The notes under the pieces are model-generated. The model was not told the origin of the DNA, ran no database searches, and saw only the letters and a list, made by a program, of their open reading frames with translations. Positions 1-9,212 of a stretch of DNA of 64,000 nt are shown in pieces. The stretch lies in sequence record OR513085.1. One strand, given 5' to 3'. The first letter of the stretch is position 1. The number at the start of each line of letters is the position of its first letter. Position numbers and translations under genes: made by a program.

Positions 1-39
1 TATGGACATTAGCATTATTACTGCAGTAGTAAAATAAAA

Positions 40-110
40 CAATTTTTTAAAAATAGTTTCCCAAATGTTTTCACGTTTGGGAATTTTTGTTTATATTTGT
101 ATTATAAAAT
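40..110 (+). promoter_or_regulatory. Bacteroidota-type promoter with upstream hairpin
   Basis: TATATTTG (TAnnTTTG) at 92-99; ttcccaaa..tttgggaa hairpin; directly upstream of topo II. Confidence 0.6.
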
Positions 111-163
111 TAATCAAATTAATTGGTCTACGACCTATAATAAAACAACAATAAAATTACATA

Positions 164-2146
164 ATGTCAAACGAACAAGAAAACTACCAAGAAGTACACC
201 AAAACGCAGATATCGAAAATAAGTACAAAAAACTTACCGATATTGAGCATGTACTTATTAGGCCTACAATTTACATTGGTTCGGTTATAGCAGAAAAGTT
301 TTTATCCGAAAAATATGTAACATTTCCAAATTCTGATGAAAAACCAAAAATCGTAACTGCCGAGCTTACTTATAGCAAAGGTATCATTACGTTATTCAAT
401 GAGTTGGTTAACAACTCTTACGATGAATACATCAGGACATTAAGAATGAAGCCTGCCGAAAGACTTACCGAATTGCGAGTTACTATCAAAAGAAAGTCAG
501 GAATTCTGGAAGTTGGTGATAACGGAGGTATTCCAGTAGTTTTACACAAAGGTGAAAATATGTTACTGCCTACAATGTTATTTGGCCACTTACGTTCAGG
601 TTCAAATTATGATGACGAAAGAGGTGATGTTTCAGGAACTAACGGAGTTGGAGCATCTTTGGTTAACGTAATGTCTAAACGTTTTGTTGTAGAAACTTGT
701 GATGGTAAAAACGTTTACGAAGGTAAATGGGCAAACAATATGCAAACGTTTGAAGGCGATAGCGTAACTAAAGCAAAACGTAACAACTCAAAAGGTACAA
801 CAATTTCTGCAGAATTAGATTTTGCTAGATTAGGAATGGAAGGCTTTACTGAGGATTTGGTTGACAAATTTAGAACCAGGACTTTAGAAGTTGCTGCTAT
901 GGCGGCATCCAAAGATAAGCCAATGAAAGTTGTATTTACTGTACTTAACGAACAATCAAACTTGGCAGATTCTAACGAGGAATTTTTGTTCCATAGCTTC
1001 CAGGATTATGCCAGACTTTACGAAGGTGTTGATGAAAACTTCAGCGGATTTACTTTGGAAAAAATGGACTTCTTAGTAGGACCATCAAACTCCGATAGTT
1101 TAGAATCCTCGGCTTTACTTAACTCAATTAGGTGTGACTATGGTACACACATTGATACTTTGGCCGACAGAATCGTAGGGCACATCAGATGGTTTATTAA
1201 CAAAAAGCATAAGATTGACTTAAAACCAAAACAAATAAAGGACAGACTAAGGTTTATTTCAAAATGGTCAGTACCTCAACCATCATTCAACAACCAAACT
1301 AAGGATGCTTTAGTTACACCGCCAAAAGACTTTGGATATGATGTTACTAAACTACCTTTAAAATTCTGCGGATGGCTGGACAAATCTGAAATTGTTGCCA
1401 GACTTTTGGACTTTCATAAAAACAAACAACAAGAAGAGGAAAATGCTGCAGTACGTAGAGCTACAAAAGGCAAAGTTAATCACCAAAAGATCGACAAATT
1501 ACTAGATGCATCATCACGTAACCAACGTAACAAATGCGAAATATTCTTGGCTGAAGGAGATTCTGCAATGAATGGTGTTCGTAGGTGTAGAAATGCAGAA
1601 TACCAAGGAGCCTTCGGACTAGGTGGTAAATTCTCAAATGTTTTCTATGCTAAACCTGCCGACATTATTAAAGTTAGAGGTAAGGAAACTGCGTCAAAAG
1701 CTAAAAACTTAATGGATGCTACAGGCTTACAATTTGGTGTTAATGCTTTGGAAACTTTACGTTGGAACAGAATAAACATTATGACCGATGCTGATTATGA
1801 TGGATATGCTATCGCTTGCCAATTGATTTTGTTTTTCAGAAAATTCTGGCCAGAGTTAATTACAGAAGGTAAGATTGCCAGAGTACTTTCACCAATCATG
1901 GTTGCTAGAAAGGACAAAGATGTTAAAGTTTACTACACTATGGAGGAATACCAAAAGGATGAAGCTTGGTTAAACAAAAACAAATATCAATCAAAGCACA
2001 TCAAAGGACTTGCCGCATTGCGACCAGAGGAATATGCAGATGTTATCAAAAATCCAGTGTTACAAAAAATAACTGAGGATTCAGAAGACTGGGCATCTTT
2101 AGAACAATGGTTCGGAGATAATGCAGATGCTAGAAAAGTATTCTAG
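164..2146 (+). CDS. gp39: DNA topoisomerase II large subunit (ATPase + TOPRIM; T4 gp39/60-like)
   Basis: GHKL motifs FNELVNNSYDE, DNGGIPV, GSNYDD..GTNGVG; TOPRIM LAEGDSA and MTDADYDG; KGLAAL. Confidence 0.95.
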   Translation: MSNEQENYQEVHQNADIENKYKKLTDIEHVLIRPTIYIGSVIAEKFLSEKYVTFPNSDEKPKIVTAELTYSKGIITLFNELVNNSYDEYIRTLRMKPAERLTELRVTIKRKSGILEVGDNGGIPVVLHKGENMLLPTMLFGHLRSGSNYDDERGDVSGTNGVGASLVNVMSKRFVVETCDGKNVYEGKWANNMQTFEGDSVTKAKRNNSKGTTISAELDFARLGMEGFTEDLVDKFRTRTLEVAAMAASKDKPMKVVFTVLNEQSNLADSNEEFLFHSFQDYARLYEGVDENFSGFTLEKMDFLVGPSNSDSLESSALLNSIRCDYGTHIDTLADRIVGHIRWFINKKHKIDLKPKQIKDRLRFISKWSVPQPSFNNQTKDALVTPPKDFGYDVTKLPLKFCGWLDKSEIVARLLDFHKNKQQEEENAAVRRATKGKVNHQKIDKLLDASSRNQRNKCEIFLAEGDSAMNGVRRCRNAEYQGAFGLGGKFSNVFYAKPADIIKVRGKETASKAKNLMDATGLQFGVNALETLRWNRINIMTDADYDGYAIACQLILFFRKFWPELITEGKIARVLSPIMVARKDKDVKVYYTMEEYQKDEAWLNKNKYQSKHIKGLAALRPEEYADVIKNPVLQKITEDSEDWASLEQWFGDNADARKVF

Positions 2147-2170
2147 TCATTTATTAACAAAAATAATCAA

Positions 2171-2200
2171 AACGAGGTACCAAAAAGTACCTCGTTTTTT
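2171..2200 (+). terminator. Rho-independent terminator
   Basis: aaacgaggtac-caaaaa-gtacctcgttt followed by T run. Confidence 0.85.
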
Positions 2201-2321
2201 CGTTTAATTATATTTCAAAATAAAAAATTTTAGGTCCTCAGAATGTCACTAAAGTATACATCTCATGCACCATTTTAAACCTTTGTAAATGTATACATAA
2301 ATTCAACACATTTTTTTAACT

Positions 2322-2666
2322 ATGGCGGATGAAACTCAAATTGTCTGGAATAACTCGTTATCCAGTCTCCCTCCCGAGCATACAAAAGTAAATGTGCGTT
2401 ACAAAGAATGGCTAAACGGCCGTGAGAAAACGTATATACGACTATGTACACTCGAAAAATTCTACAATGACCCAATGTCACATTACTTTAAATGGCTTTG
2501 GTTCTTTGTACCACCATTCCAATCCAACCAAACTTCACTTGAGCTTGTAGGTACGGAATGGTCTGTAATTGACCCTCCAGTAGGCGGCAATCGTATAGTC
2601 TTAACAAATTCCGAAGGCAAAATTTACGTCTTTGGTACAACTAACAACTTAATTTTATTGAAGTAA
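2322..2666 (+). CDS. DUF551-like module protein (paralog of 8185..8526)
   Basis: W..S..LPPE..V.V.Y, WFFxPxF and TEWS shared with 8185; ATACATAAAT late-type element at about 2293. Confidence 0.6.
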   Translation: MADETQIVWNNSLSSLPPEHTKVNVRYKEWLNGREKTYIRLCTLEKFYNDPMSHYFKWLWFFVPPFQSNQTSLELVGTEWSVIDPPVGGNRIVLTNSEGKIYVFGTTNNLILLK

Positions 2667-4231
2667 TGGCAGACATTAAACTAAATCCAAATGATCTTAG
2701 CGGCCGTCCAGTGGCAGACATTAAAAATTCTACTGATGGCGACAAGCAAAAAGTACTTGTAGTCAAAGGCACTGAATTGGAGCAATATGAAGTATCGAAA
2801 ATTATTGATAAAGCTACTGAAGGTACAGAAGCTATTGTAGACGGCAAAATTGCAGAATTTTCTCGTAACTTACCGTTTGCAGAGTCGTTCGACTACTTAG
2901 ACAATGCAAATTTACAGCATGCAAAAAGCATAAATTCATGGCTATCATCTACTGTTAGAGGTGGCGAAGATGACAATGAAAACTGGACTTGGCGTAAAAT
3001 TGAAGAGCCTCGTGAAACGTTAGGTATGTTGCTAAATGTTGCTAGAAATAACGCCGCTACTGCAGAAAAATATAATCAGACGTTATACCGAAATATAATG
3101 TTCGCTGCAAGACCTGGTATGGTTGGTAAAATTTCAATAGACTTAGTTACCGACGACAATGAATTTCAATTCATAGCATTTAAGAAAAATGATACTGGAC
3201 CTTACGAAAATATGGTTTGGCGTTCAGACACTATCAAAACTGGTGCAGGTCTATACACTGCAGATTATAGCAATGTTGGCCTAATAGTAGACAATTCTAC
3301 AATATTTGGAATAATCAACATAGGCTGGGAAAAACCTATAACAATTAAGCAAGATGATAACATTGTAGACGGTGGCGGCTGGTGCTTACGATCAGATGAC
3401 GATTCATATTCAATTAACGGGCTTGGCGTATTTTCAATGACCGTAGAAATTCATGAAATCGAAAAGGACTATGGACCAGTATTTAGGCCAGGCCAATTTG
3501 ATTTAGTGCGTTCAGTTTTTAACATTGTCAACGAACTTACAGTTAACGGAGGTATTGTTACGCATTCTACGAATTACGGTGACGTTAATGGTGACTGGGA
3601 ACCTGTGGTAGTTAGTGGAGTCGACACAGTTCTGCAAAAAATAAAAGAAAAACGTCCAGGTTTTACTGGGCAAGTTAAAATGCTACAAGTTTCAGCTAGG
3701 GCGGCGACTACTAAATCGTTCAATCTTGCAATTTATGCAAAACGATCTGACAGTGATAATTTTAACACAGTTACTATATTTAGGCATTTGCGTGCTGAAA
3801 CTGTAGGTCAATTGTTTACGTTTAAAATAGACGCTAGCTATTTGGACGATTTTGACATTTATGCAGGATTTTATAACTACTTTGACCCAAAAACTGAAAC
3901 TGTAGATATTTTGCAAGATAACTCTAAGTCAGACGTTACGTTGTACAAGTACAATATGGACACTGGCAAAATAATCGGGACATTTACTGGTAAGCCTTTG
4001 CCAATACAAATGAATACTGTAAAAGTATTAGAATCTAGCATAGTGTCTAAGCGAGACTTGGATAGAATTAACAACAGATTTTATGCGGTCGACGACAGCA
4101 TAAACGACATACGTAATTTATTACAGCAAGAAATTTGGGAAATTAACCAACGTCTGCAATCACTAGGATTCGATTATAGCAAGCGACTAATTTATAATCC
4201 TGATGGTACTATGGACTGGGTTGCTAAATAA
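2666..4231 (+). CDS. Probable virion fibre/whisker-like protein
   Basis: 521 aa; N-terminus and C-terminal coiled coil + DGTxxW end resemble 8567..9124; beta-rich middle. Confidence 0.45.
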   Translation: MADIKLNPNDLSGRPVADIKNSTDGDKQKVLVVKGTELEQYEVSKIIDKATEGTEAIVDGKIAEFSRNLPFAESFDYLDNANLQHAKSINSWLSSTVRGGEDDNENWTWRKIEEPRETLGMLLNVARNNAATAEKYNQTLYRNIMFAARPGMVGKISIDLVTDDNEFQFIAFKKNDTGPYENMVWRSDTIKTGAGLYTADYSNVGLIVDNSTIFGIINIGWEKPITIKQDDNIVDGGGWCLRSDDDSYSINGLGVFSMTVEIHEIEKDYGPVFRPGQFDLVRSVFNIVNELTVNGGIVTHSTNYGDVNGDWEPVVVSGVDTVLQKIKEKRPGFTGQVKMLQVSARAATTKSFNLAIYAKRSDSDNFNTVTIFRHLRAETVGQLFTFKIDASYLDDFDIYAGFYNYFDPKTETVDILQDNSKSDVTLYKYNMDTGKIIGTFTGKPLPIQMNTVKVLESSIVSKRDLDRINNRFYAVDDSINDIRNLLQQEIWEINQRLQSLGFDYSKRLIYNPDGTMDWVAK

Positions 4232-4238
4232 CATAAGC

Positions 4239-4270
4239 AAAGCCTGGACGTCATAACGTCCAGGCTTTTT
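4239..4270 (+). terminator. Rho-independent terminator (ACGT-core family)
   Basis: aagcctggacgt-cata-acgtccaggctt + T run. Confidence 0.9.
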
Positions 4271-4307
4271 GCGTCATTGTAGTATTTTAAACAAAACATA
4301 AAATATC

Positions 4308-4574
4308 ATGGCAGACTACAAAATCAAAAGAACTGGCGAAATGCTAAGCCTAAAAGACATTATGAAAGCGCATATAGACGGTAATGTTGCAGAAAACGCG
4401 CAGTTTGAAAGTACTGATGGCAAATTCACAATAATTCATACTTCCTCGCAAGGCTTAATATACATTAAAAATGACGGCAATTCAAATCCTCGTAACATTT
4501 ACCTTAAGCCGGCAGCCGAGTATGTTACGTTATCTAAGCTAACGTTTGAAAAAGTTTTTGTAGATTTTGATTAA
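4308..4574 (+). CDS. Hypothetical protein
   Basis: 88-aa ORF with A-rich leader. Confidence 0.6.
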   Translation: MADYKIKRTGEMLSLKDIMKAHIDGNVAENAQFESTDGKFTIIHTSSQGLIYIKNDGNSNPRNIYLKPAAEYVTLSKLTFEKVFVDFD

Positions 4575-4630
4575 AATAGTTGCAAAAATATTTTCATATG
4601 TCGTAAAATTTTAATATATTTGTATTATAA
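4573..4630 (+). promoter_or_regulatory. Promoter cassette, TATATTTG class
   Basis: aaaatagttgc..ttttcatatgtc-N12-tatatttg. Confidence 0.75.
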
Positions 4631-4651
4631 TTTAATAACAATCAATAACAC

Positions 4652-6121
4652 ATGGCAAAACGTAAAAATGTAGCTGAAGCATCTGAATTTGAACTTACTG
4701 AGTTTAACGACCAGATCAACATCACTACTTTACTTAACACTGATTATAAAGCATACGCTGGATATACTGTTTTTAACAGAGCAATTCCTTCATTAGCTGA
4801 CGGATTCAAAACTGTACAGCGAAAGATTATGTACACTGCCTTAGGCGAACTTAAAGGTAACAAACCAATTAAAGTTGCTGCTTTAGGAGGATTCGTAATG
4901 GCAAAATCACATTATGCTCACGGTGATGCTTCATTAGAATCTGCTATCGTAACAATGGGCCAAGGATTCAAACAATCATTGCCTTATTTCTTACCTGACA
5001 GTGACTTTGGTGAAATTTATACACCTCAAGCAGGTGCAGCAAGGTATATTTCAATGTACAAATCAGATGTTTTCGATTTGTTGATGAAAGATTCCAACCA
5101 ACTTATTAAGCAATACGCAGAAGGCGATGAAATCGAACCTACTCACTACTTACCAATTATCCCAACTGTACTTATCAATTCAACTGAAGGTATGGCAGTA
5201 GGATATTCATCAAACATTATCAACAAAAATCCACTAGGACTAATCGATGCTTGCATCGACTATGTCAAGACTGGTAAGCTTGATGATTCGTTAGAGTTGA
5301 TTCCTTACTTCCAAGGAGCTATAGGACGTTACGTTAACTACACAAACCATGTAGGGGACTCAAGGTTTGAACATTACGGACTTTGGGAACAAGTTAATCC
5401 TAAAATGCTTAGAGTTACAGGACTTCCTGCAGGAACTACTTTAGAAAAGTTTGAAGAGCATTTAAATTCATTGATTGATGTAGGGCAAATTTTTGACTGG
5501 GTTAACCGTTCAGAAAACAACAAAATCAATTATGAAGTTCACTTTGACAAAAACGTATTAGCAGACATCATCAAAAAAGGAACAGTACTTAACGTTCTAA
5601 AATTATTCACAAGACTTCAAGTTGATAACTTGACAATGCTGGATATCGATGGAAAAGTTAAACGTTTTGATAACGTTGCCCAAGTAATTCGTAGATTTAT
5701 TGACTGGAGAATGCCTTATGTCGAAACTCGCAGACAACTTAAAATCGACGAAATCAACAAAAAGATAAAGGCTGCTAACGATAAACTTAAATTCATTGAG
5801 TTAGTTCAGGCAGGTAAAATTGATGTTAAGTCTTTCGTTTCAAGAGCCGATGCTGCAGAGAAACTTAGCAAATTCGACCTACCTGTTGAAATGGTCGATA
5901 TCAAAATTTATTCGATATCTAAGGAGGAGGTTGACAAACTAAAGAAAAGTATTGTGGATTTACTTAAAGAGCTTAGCTATTATGAGAAATTAACTGCAAA
6001 GAAAATGTATCTGACAGATTTAACTGACTTACTTAAAGCAGTTGAAGCTAAAGGTTATCAAAGAGACGAATGCGAATACATTGTAGATAAAGTATGGCAA
6101 GCACAACTGGCTCAACAATAA
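4652..6121 (+). CDS. gp52: DNA topoisomerase II medium subunit (T4 gp52/GyrA-like)
   Basis: RAIPSLADGFKTVQRK, HYAHGDAS, catalytic AARY, IIPTVLIN..GMAVGY. Confidence 0.95.
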   Translation: MAKRKNVAEASEFELTEFNDQINITTLLNTDYKAYAGYTVFNRAIPSLADGFKTVQRKIMYTALGELKGNKPIKVAALGGFVMAKSHYAHGDASLESAIVTMGQGFKQSLPYFLPDSDFGEIYTPQAGAARYISMYKSDVFDLLMKDSNQLIKQYAEGDEIEPTHYLPIIPTVLINSTEGMAVGYSSNIINKNPLGLIDACIDYVKTGKLDDSLELIPYFQGAIGRYVNYTNHVGDSRFEHYGLWEQVNPKMLRVTGLPAGTTLEKFEEHLNSLIDVGQIFDWVNRSENNKINYEVHFDKNVLADIIKKGTVLNVLKLFTRLQVDNLTMLDIDGKVKRFDNVAQVIRRFIDWRMPYVETRRQLKIDEINKKIKAANDKLKFIELVQAGKIDVKSFVSRADAAEKLSKFDLPVEMVDIKIYSISKEEVDKLKKSIVDLLKELSYYEKLTAKKMYLTDLTDLLKAVEAKGYQRDECEYIVDKVWQAQLAQQ

Positions 6122-6162
6122 CAATAAAGTTCCAAAAAGGAGTATATGCTTTCCAGCGTGAA

Positions 6163-6348
6163 ATGACGCTGGAAATGTATCTCCACTTACTAAAGGAAAA
6201 TCCAAAGCCGCTGATCGACGACATTCAAAAGATCAGAGCCGATATTGACAGAATGCCAGAATCACACTCTGGAAACTGCAGATGTTCATGTTGCTATGCA
6301 CATCATAAATACGACTTACCACCGACAGTAGACCCTATAATTATTTAA
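6163..6348 (+). CDS. Small Cys/His-rich hypothetical protein
   Basis: Likely start 6163 inside ORF 6094..6348; CRCSCCYAHH. Confidence 0.45.
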   Translation: MTLEMYLHLLKENPKPLIDDIQKIRADIDRMPESHSGNCRCSCCYAHHKYDLPPTVDPIII

Positions 6349-6353
6349 AACTT

Positions 6354-6671
6354 ATGAAATTACCACAAAACGTAGATTCTGAATCTACGGAAGCTAAACT
6401 AGCTGAAAAGCTTGAAGCAGTAAAAACTCAAGCCAAAATTTTGCTATTACACACTGCTTTACTATTCATGCATGTTACGATAATCTGGCTAATCTATTGC
6501 TGGATAGCACCAAAAATTGTACAGTTAAGTCTGCCGGAATTTTCCTGGACTGAATTTGCATTTGCGCTTATTCTTGGTAGGTTCTTACATACAGGACTTA
6601 CATTAAAAATTGATGCAAAGAAAGCCTACGACAGATACAAAGAGCGTGAAGCTAAACGAAAGAATGAGTAA
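6354..6671 (+). CDS. Hypothetical membrane protein (2 TM)
   Basis: Two hydrophobic segments, basic C-terminus. Confidence 0.6.
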   Translation: MKLPQNVDSESTEAKLAEKLEAVKTQAKILLLHTALLFMHVTIIWLIYCWIAPKIVQLSLPEFSWTEFAFALILGRFLHTGLTLKIDAKKAYDRYKEREAKRKNE

Positions 6672-6765
6672 GTTACAACTTGGCTAGATTAAAAAGTAAG
6701 CTAAGCTTGCGCATTTACTACTAAATGCGTATAATAAAAACATAAAAATAAAACAACACACGACA

Positions 6766-7086
6766 ATGCAAAATACACAACAAGAAGATAACGTAGTTGA
6801 CGTACAAATCGACAGTAAAGAATTACTTAACGAACTTGAACAACTTACTGGACAAAGAATCGTTTCTGAGGAATACCAAAAGGACCAGGCTCAGCTTTTA
6901 GAATACATGGAGCAAAACAAATTGTATGGCAGAAGCACAATGAACAGGCAGCAAAAACGTAATCACTTCTTGAAAGCTGATCTTGGCGGAGATAAGTCTA
7001 ACCAGCAAAGAGCTCAGGCTAAAAAAGTTGCCAAAGTAAAAGCTAAATCCAAAGCTGCTAAGAAAGCTAGGAAAAAGCAAAGATAA
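6766..7086 (+). CDS. Hypothetical protein with Lys/Ala-rich basic tail
   Basis: MNRQQKR motif; KAKSKAAKKARKKQR tail. Confidence 0.6.
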   Translation: MQNTQQEDNVVDVQIDSKELLNELEQLTGQRIVSEEYQKDQAQLLEYMEQNKLYGRSTMNRQQKRNHFLKADLGGDKSNQQRAQAKKVAKVKAKSKAAKKARKKQR

Positions 7087-7117
7087 CGACCATGATTTTT
7101 GATTTTTAATATTATTG

Positions 7118-7155
7118 ATTTTATCCCAAGTGTCTTCGATGCTTGGGATTTTTGC
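7118..7155 (+). terminator. Rho-independent terminator
   Basis: atcccaagtgtc-ttc-gatgcttgggat + T run. Confidence 0.8.
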
Positions 7156-7214
7156 GTTTACTATAATATGCGAAACATTTATACATACACTAACTAATAT
7201 TTTACAGCAAAATT

Positions 7215-7535
7215 ATGGCAGATAAAACATTTGAATGGTCAGACCCGGCAACTAAATTGCCTAAAGTAGGCGAAGCTATTATTGTAGAATTGATACCTCA
7301 ACTAGGCTATCCTGCAGACTACAAAATAAGATTTGAAGCACAATATGTTAATGTATTTTCAGATCATGCTACGTTCAATCATAGCAATTACTTTTTCAAT
7401 ACTAACCAAACTGACGAGGAAAAGACTTGGCCAGTAGATCAAGTTAGACAATGGTCGCCTTGGTTTGAAGGTTGGGAGAACGCAGTAGAATCCGACTTAG
7501 CGCCAGCTAAAGCAAAACGTACTAATAAAAAATAA
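7215..7535 (+). CDS. DUF551-like standalone protein
   Basis: EWSDPATKLPKVGE..IIV; DQVRQWSPWFEGW. Confidence 0.6.
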   Translation: MADKTFEWSDPATKLPKVGEAIIVELIPQLGYPADYKIRFEAQYVNVFSDHATFNHSNYFFNTNQTDEEKTWPVDQVRQWSPWFEGWENAVESDLAPAKAKRTNKK

Positions 7536-7541
7536 CAACAT

Positions 7542-7868
7542 ATGGCAACTATAACTTGGAAGCAAGTTTCCGCAGAACAACCGGAACCTAACACAAAAAT
7601 ACTAATAAAAGCTAAATTTAGTCAATACGAATCTTGGAATGACGTTAAGATTGGCAATAACGAATGTCAGTCTGTAGTAGCTAAAGATTTTGAAGAGCCG
7701 CTAGAAGCAGTACTATCTGGAGAATACAATGACAATGCGACACTAACTAATTTTACTCCACTCTGGAAGTTATTCAAAAGTAGACATGGAGTTTCTGCAT
7801 TTGAATTGGACCAAATTACTGAATGGGCTGAGTGGTTCCCTGGATGGGATTTAGAGGACCAAGCTTAA
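7542..7868 (+). CDS. DUF551-like standalone protein
   Basis: TWKQVSAEQPEPNTKILIKA; GVSAFELDQITEWAEWF. Confidence 0.6.
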   Translation: MATITWKQVSAEQPEPNTKILIKAKFSQYESWNDVKIGNNECQSVVAKDFEEPLEAVLSGEYNDNATLTNFTPLWKLFKSRHGVSAFELDQITEWAEWFPGWDLEDQA

Positions 7869-7895
7869 ACTTAAAAATTTTTAAAATATTTTAAT

Positions 7896-8168
7896 ATGGC
7901 AGAAATAAAATGGATTAAGACTGGTGATCGTATGCCTAAAAAGGACACTTTAGTGCTAATTAAAGCTATATTTTATACTCACAACGGCATGCCTTACGAA
8001 AGAATTGTTGAAGCTAGGCTTATCGACAAACTAAACGATCATGGCTCAGTAGCTTGGAACACTACGACTTTGTGGCAAATGCCGACTGGTTTGGCAGGAG
8101 TTTCTGCATTTGAATATGACAAAATTACAGAATGGGCTGAGTGGTTCAAGGATTGGCAATCAAACTAA
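7896..8168 (+). CDS. DUF551-like standalone protein
   Basis: KWIKTGDRMPKKDTLVLIKA; GVSAFEYDKITEWAEWF. Confidence 0.65.
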   Translation: MAEIKWIKTGDRMPKKDTLVLIKAIFYTHNGMPYERIVEARLIDKLNDHGSVAWNTTTLWQMPTGLAGVSAFEYDKITEWAEWFKDWQSN

Positions 8169-8184
8169 ACAACAAATTTTAAAT

Positions 8185-8526
8185 ATGGCAACAAAATACG
8201 ACGTTAACGACAGGCTACCTCAGGAAAATCGTTTAGTAAGCTTAACTTACACTGATGAATACGGAAAGGTACGTACACGTAACGCATACATGGGTAGAAG
8301 CTATCAAAACATCGGTAAAGACTCTTATACAATTCAGTGGTTCTTCAACCCGCAATTTGACTTTGTATCAGGCGCTAACTTAGCAGACACTGAATGGTCT
8401 TTCTTACCTGGTGACGAGTACAAAGAATGGTTTGCATTATCTAGCAAAGATGGGTCTTTCTTAACATTCAAGGATGTATCAGGTGGCGAATGCTTACTAG
8501 TGCAGGCAGAAGTTCCTGCACCTTAA
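8185..8526 (+). CDS. DUF551-like module protein (paralog of 2322..2666)
   Basis: Likely start 8185 in ORF 8110..8526; DRLPQENRLVSLTY, WFFNPQF, TEWS. Confidence 0.6.
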   Translation: MATKYDVNDRLPQENRLVSLTYTDEYGKVRTRNAYMGRSYQNIGKDSYTIQWFFNPQFDFVSGANLADTEWSFLPGDEYKEWFALSSKDGSFLTFKDVSGGECLLVQAEVPAP

Positions 8527-8566
8527 TACAAAACTTTTACAACACAAAAACAAATTTATTTTTATT

Positions 8567-9124
8567 ATGGCTGATGAAACATTAAACAAATTGCCAGTTG
8601 GCCAATTGCCTGCAGCTACGAGTGCTACAGGAATTAACGTAGTAGTTCACAAAGACGGAGTACTTATGCAATCGGCAGTTAACGTTATTACGTCTGCAGT
8701 TAGTACAGAAATTACTACGTTAAAAACTGATGTAGCTACCGCAAAAGCTGATGCTGCACAGGCTAAAATCGACGGTGCTACTGCTAGAGCTGATCTTGAC
8801 GTTTTCAAGCAATCTGAATTTGCTCCAGTTAAAGCAGAATCTGCAGCTACTAAAACTCAAGCAAACACTAACAAAACTGATATTACTGCGCTTAAGACTG
8901 ACAATACTGCAAATAAAACTGATATCGGTACGCTAAAAACTGACGTTGGCACTTTGAAAACTGACAACACTGCAAATAAAGCAGACATTGGTACGCTAAA
9001 AACTGACAATACTAAAAACAAAGCAGATATTGCTAAACTTAACACTACGTTAACAAAGGATGGCAAAATTGTAGTTTTGTCTTTTGAGGCAGATGGTACT
9101 GTTAAGTGGACTGCAGGAACGTAA
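8567..9124 (+). CDS. Coiled-coil fibre/whisker-like protein with heptad repeats
   Basis: Repeats LKTDNTANKTDIGT; C-terminal DGTVKW; N-terminus like 2666. Confidence 0.55.
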   Translation: MADETLNKLPVGQLPAATSATGINVVVHKDGVLMQSAVNVITSAVSTEITTLKTDVATAKADAAQAKIDGATARADLDVFKQSEFAPVKAESAATKTQANTNKTDITALKTDNTANKTDIGTLKTDVGTLKTDNTANKADIGTLKTDNTKNKADIAKLNTTLTKDGKIVVLSFEADGTVKWTAGT

Positions 9125-9153
9125 CGAACGTAACGAACGTAACAACAAATAAC

Positions 9154-9183
9154 GCCAGGACGTTCTGAACGTCCTGGCTTTTT
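9154..9183 (+). terminator. Rho-independent terminator (ACGT-core family)
   Basis: gccaggacgtt-ctg-aacgtcctggc + T run; preceded by a (gtaacgaac) tandem at 9121-9146. Confidence 0.9.
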
Positions 9184-9212
9184 ACTTAATAACCAACACA
9201 AACTGATATTAA

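Noticed and set aside
7788-8147. Diversity-generating retroelement TR/VR pair
   Set aside because: Mismatches in and just after the repeat are not confined to adenines of one copy, both copies are coding, and no reverse transcriptase is in the window
9121-9146. CRISPR-like mini-array
   Set aside because: Only a 9-bp tandem (gtaacgaac) without spacers; the promoter cassettes are kilobases apart and separated by genes; no cas genes
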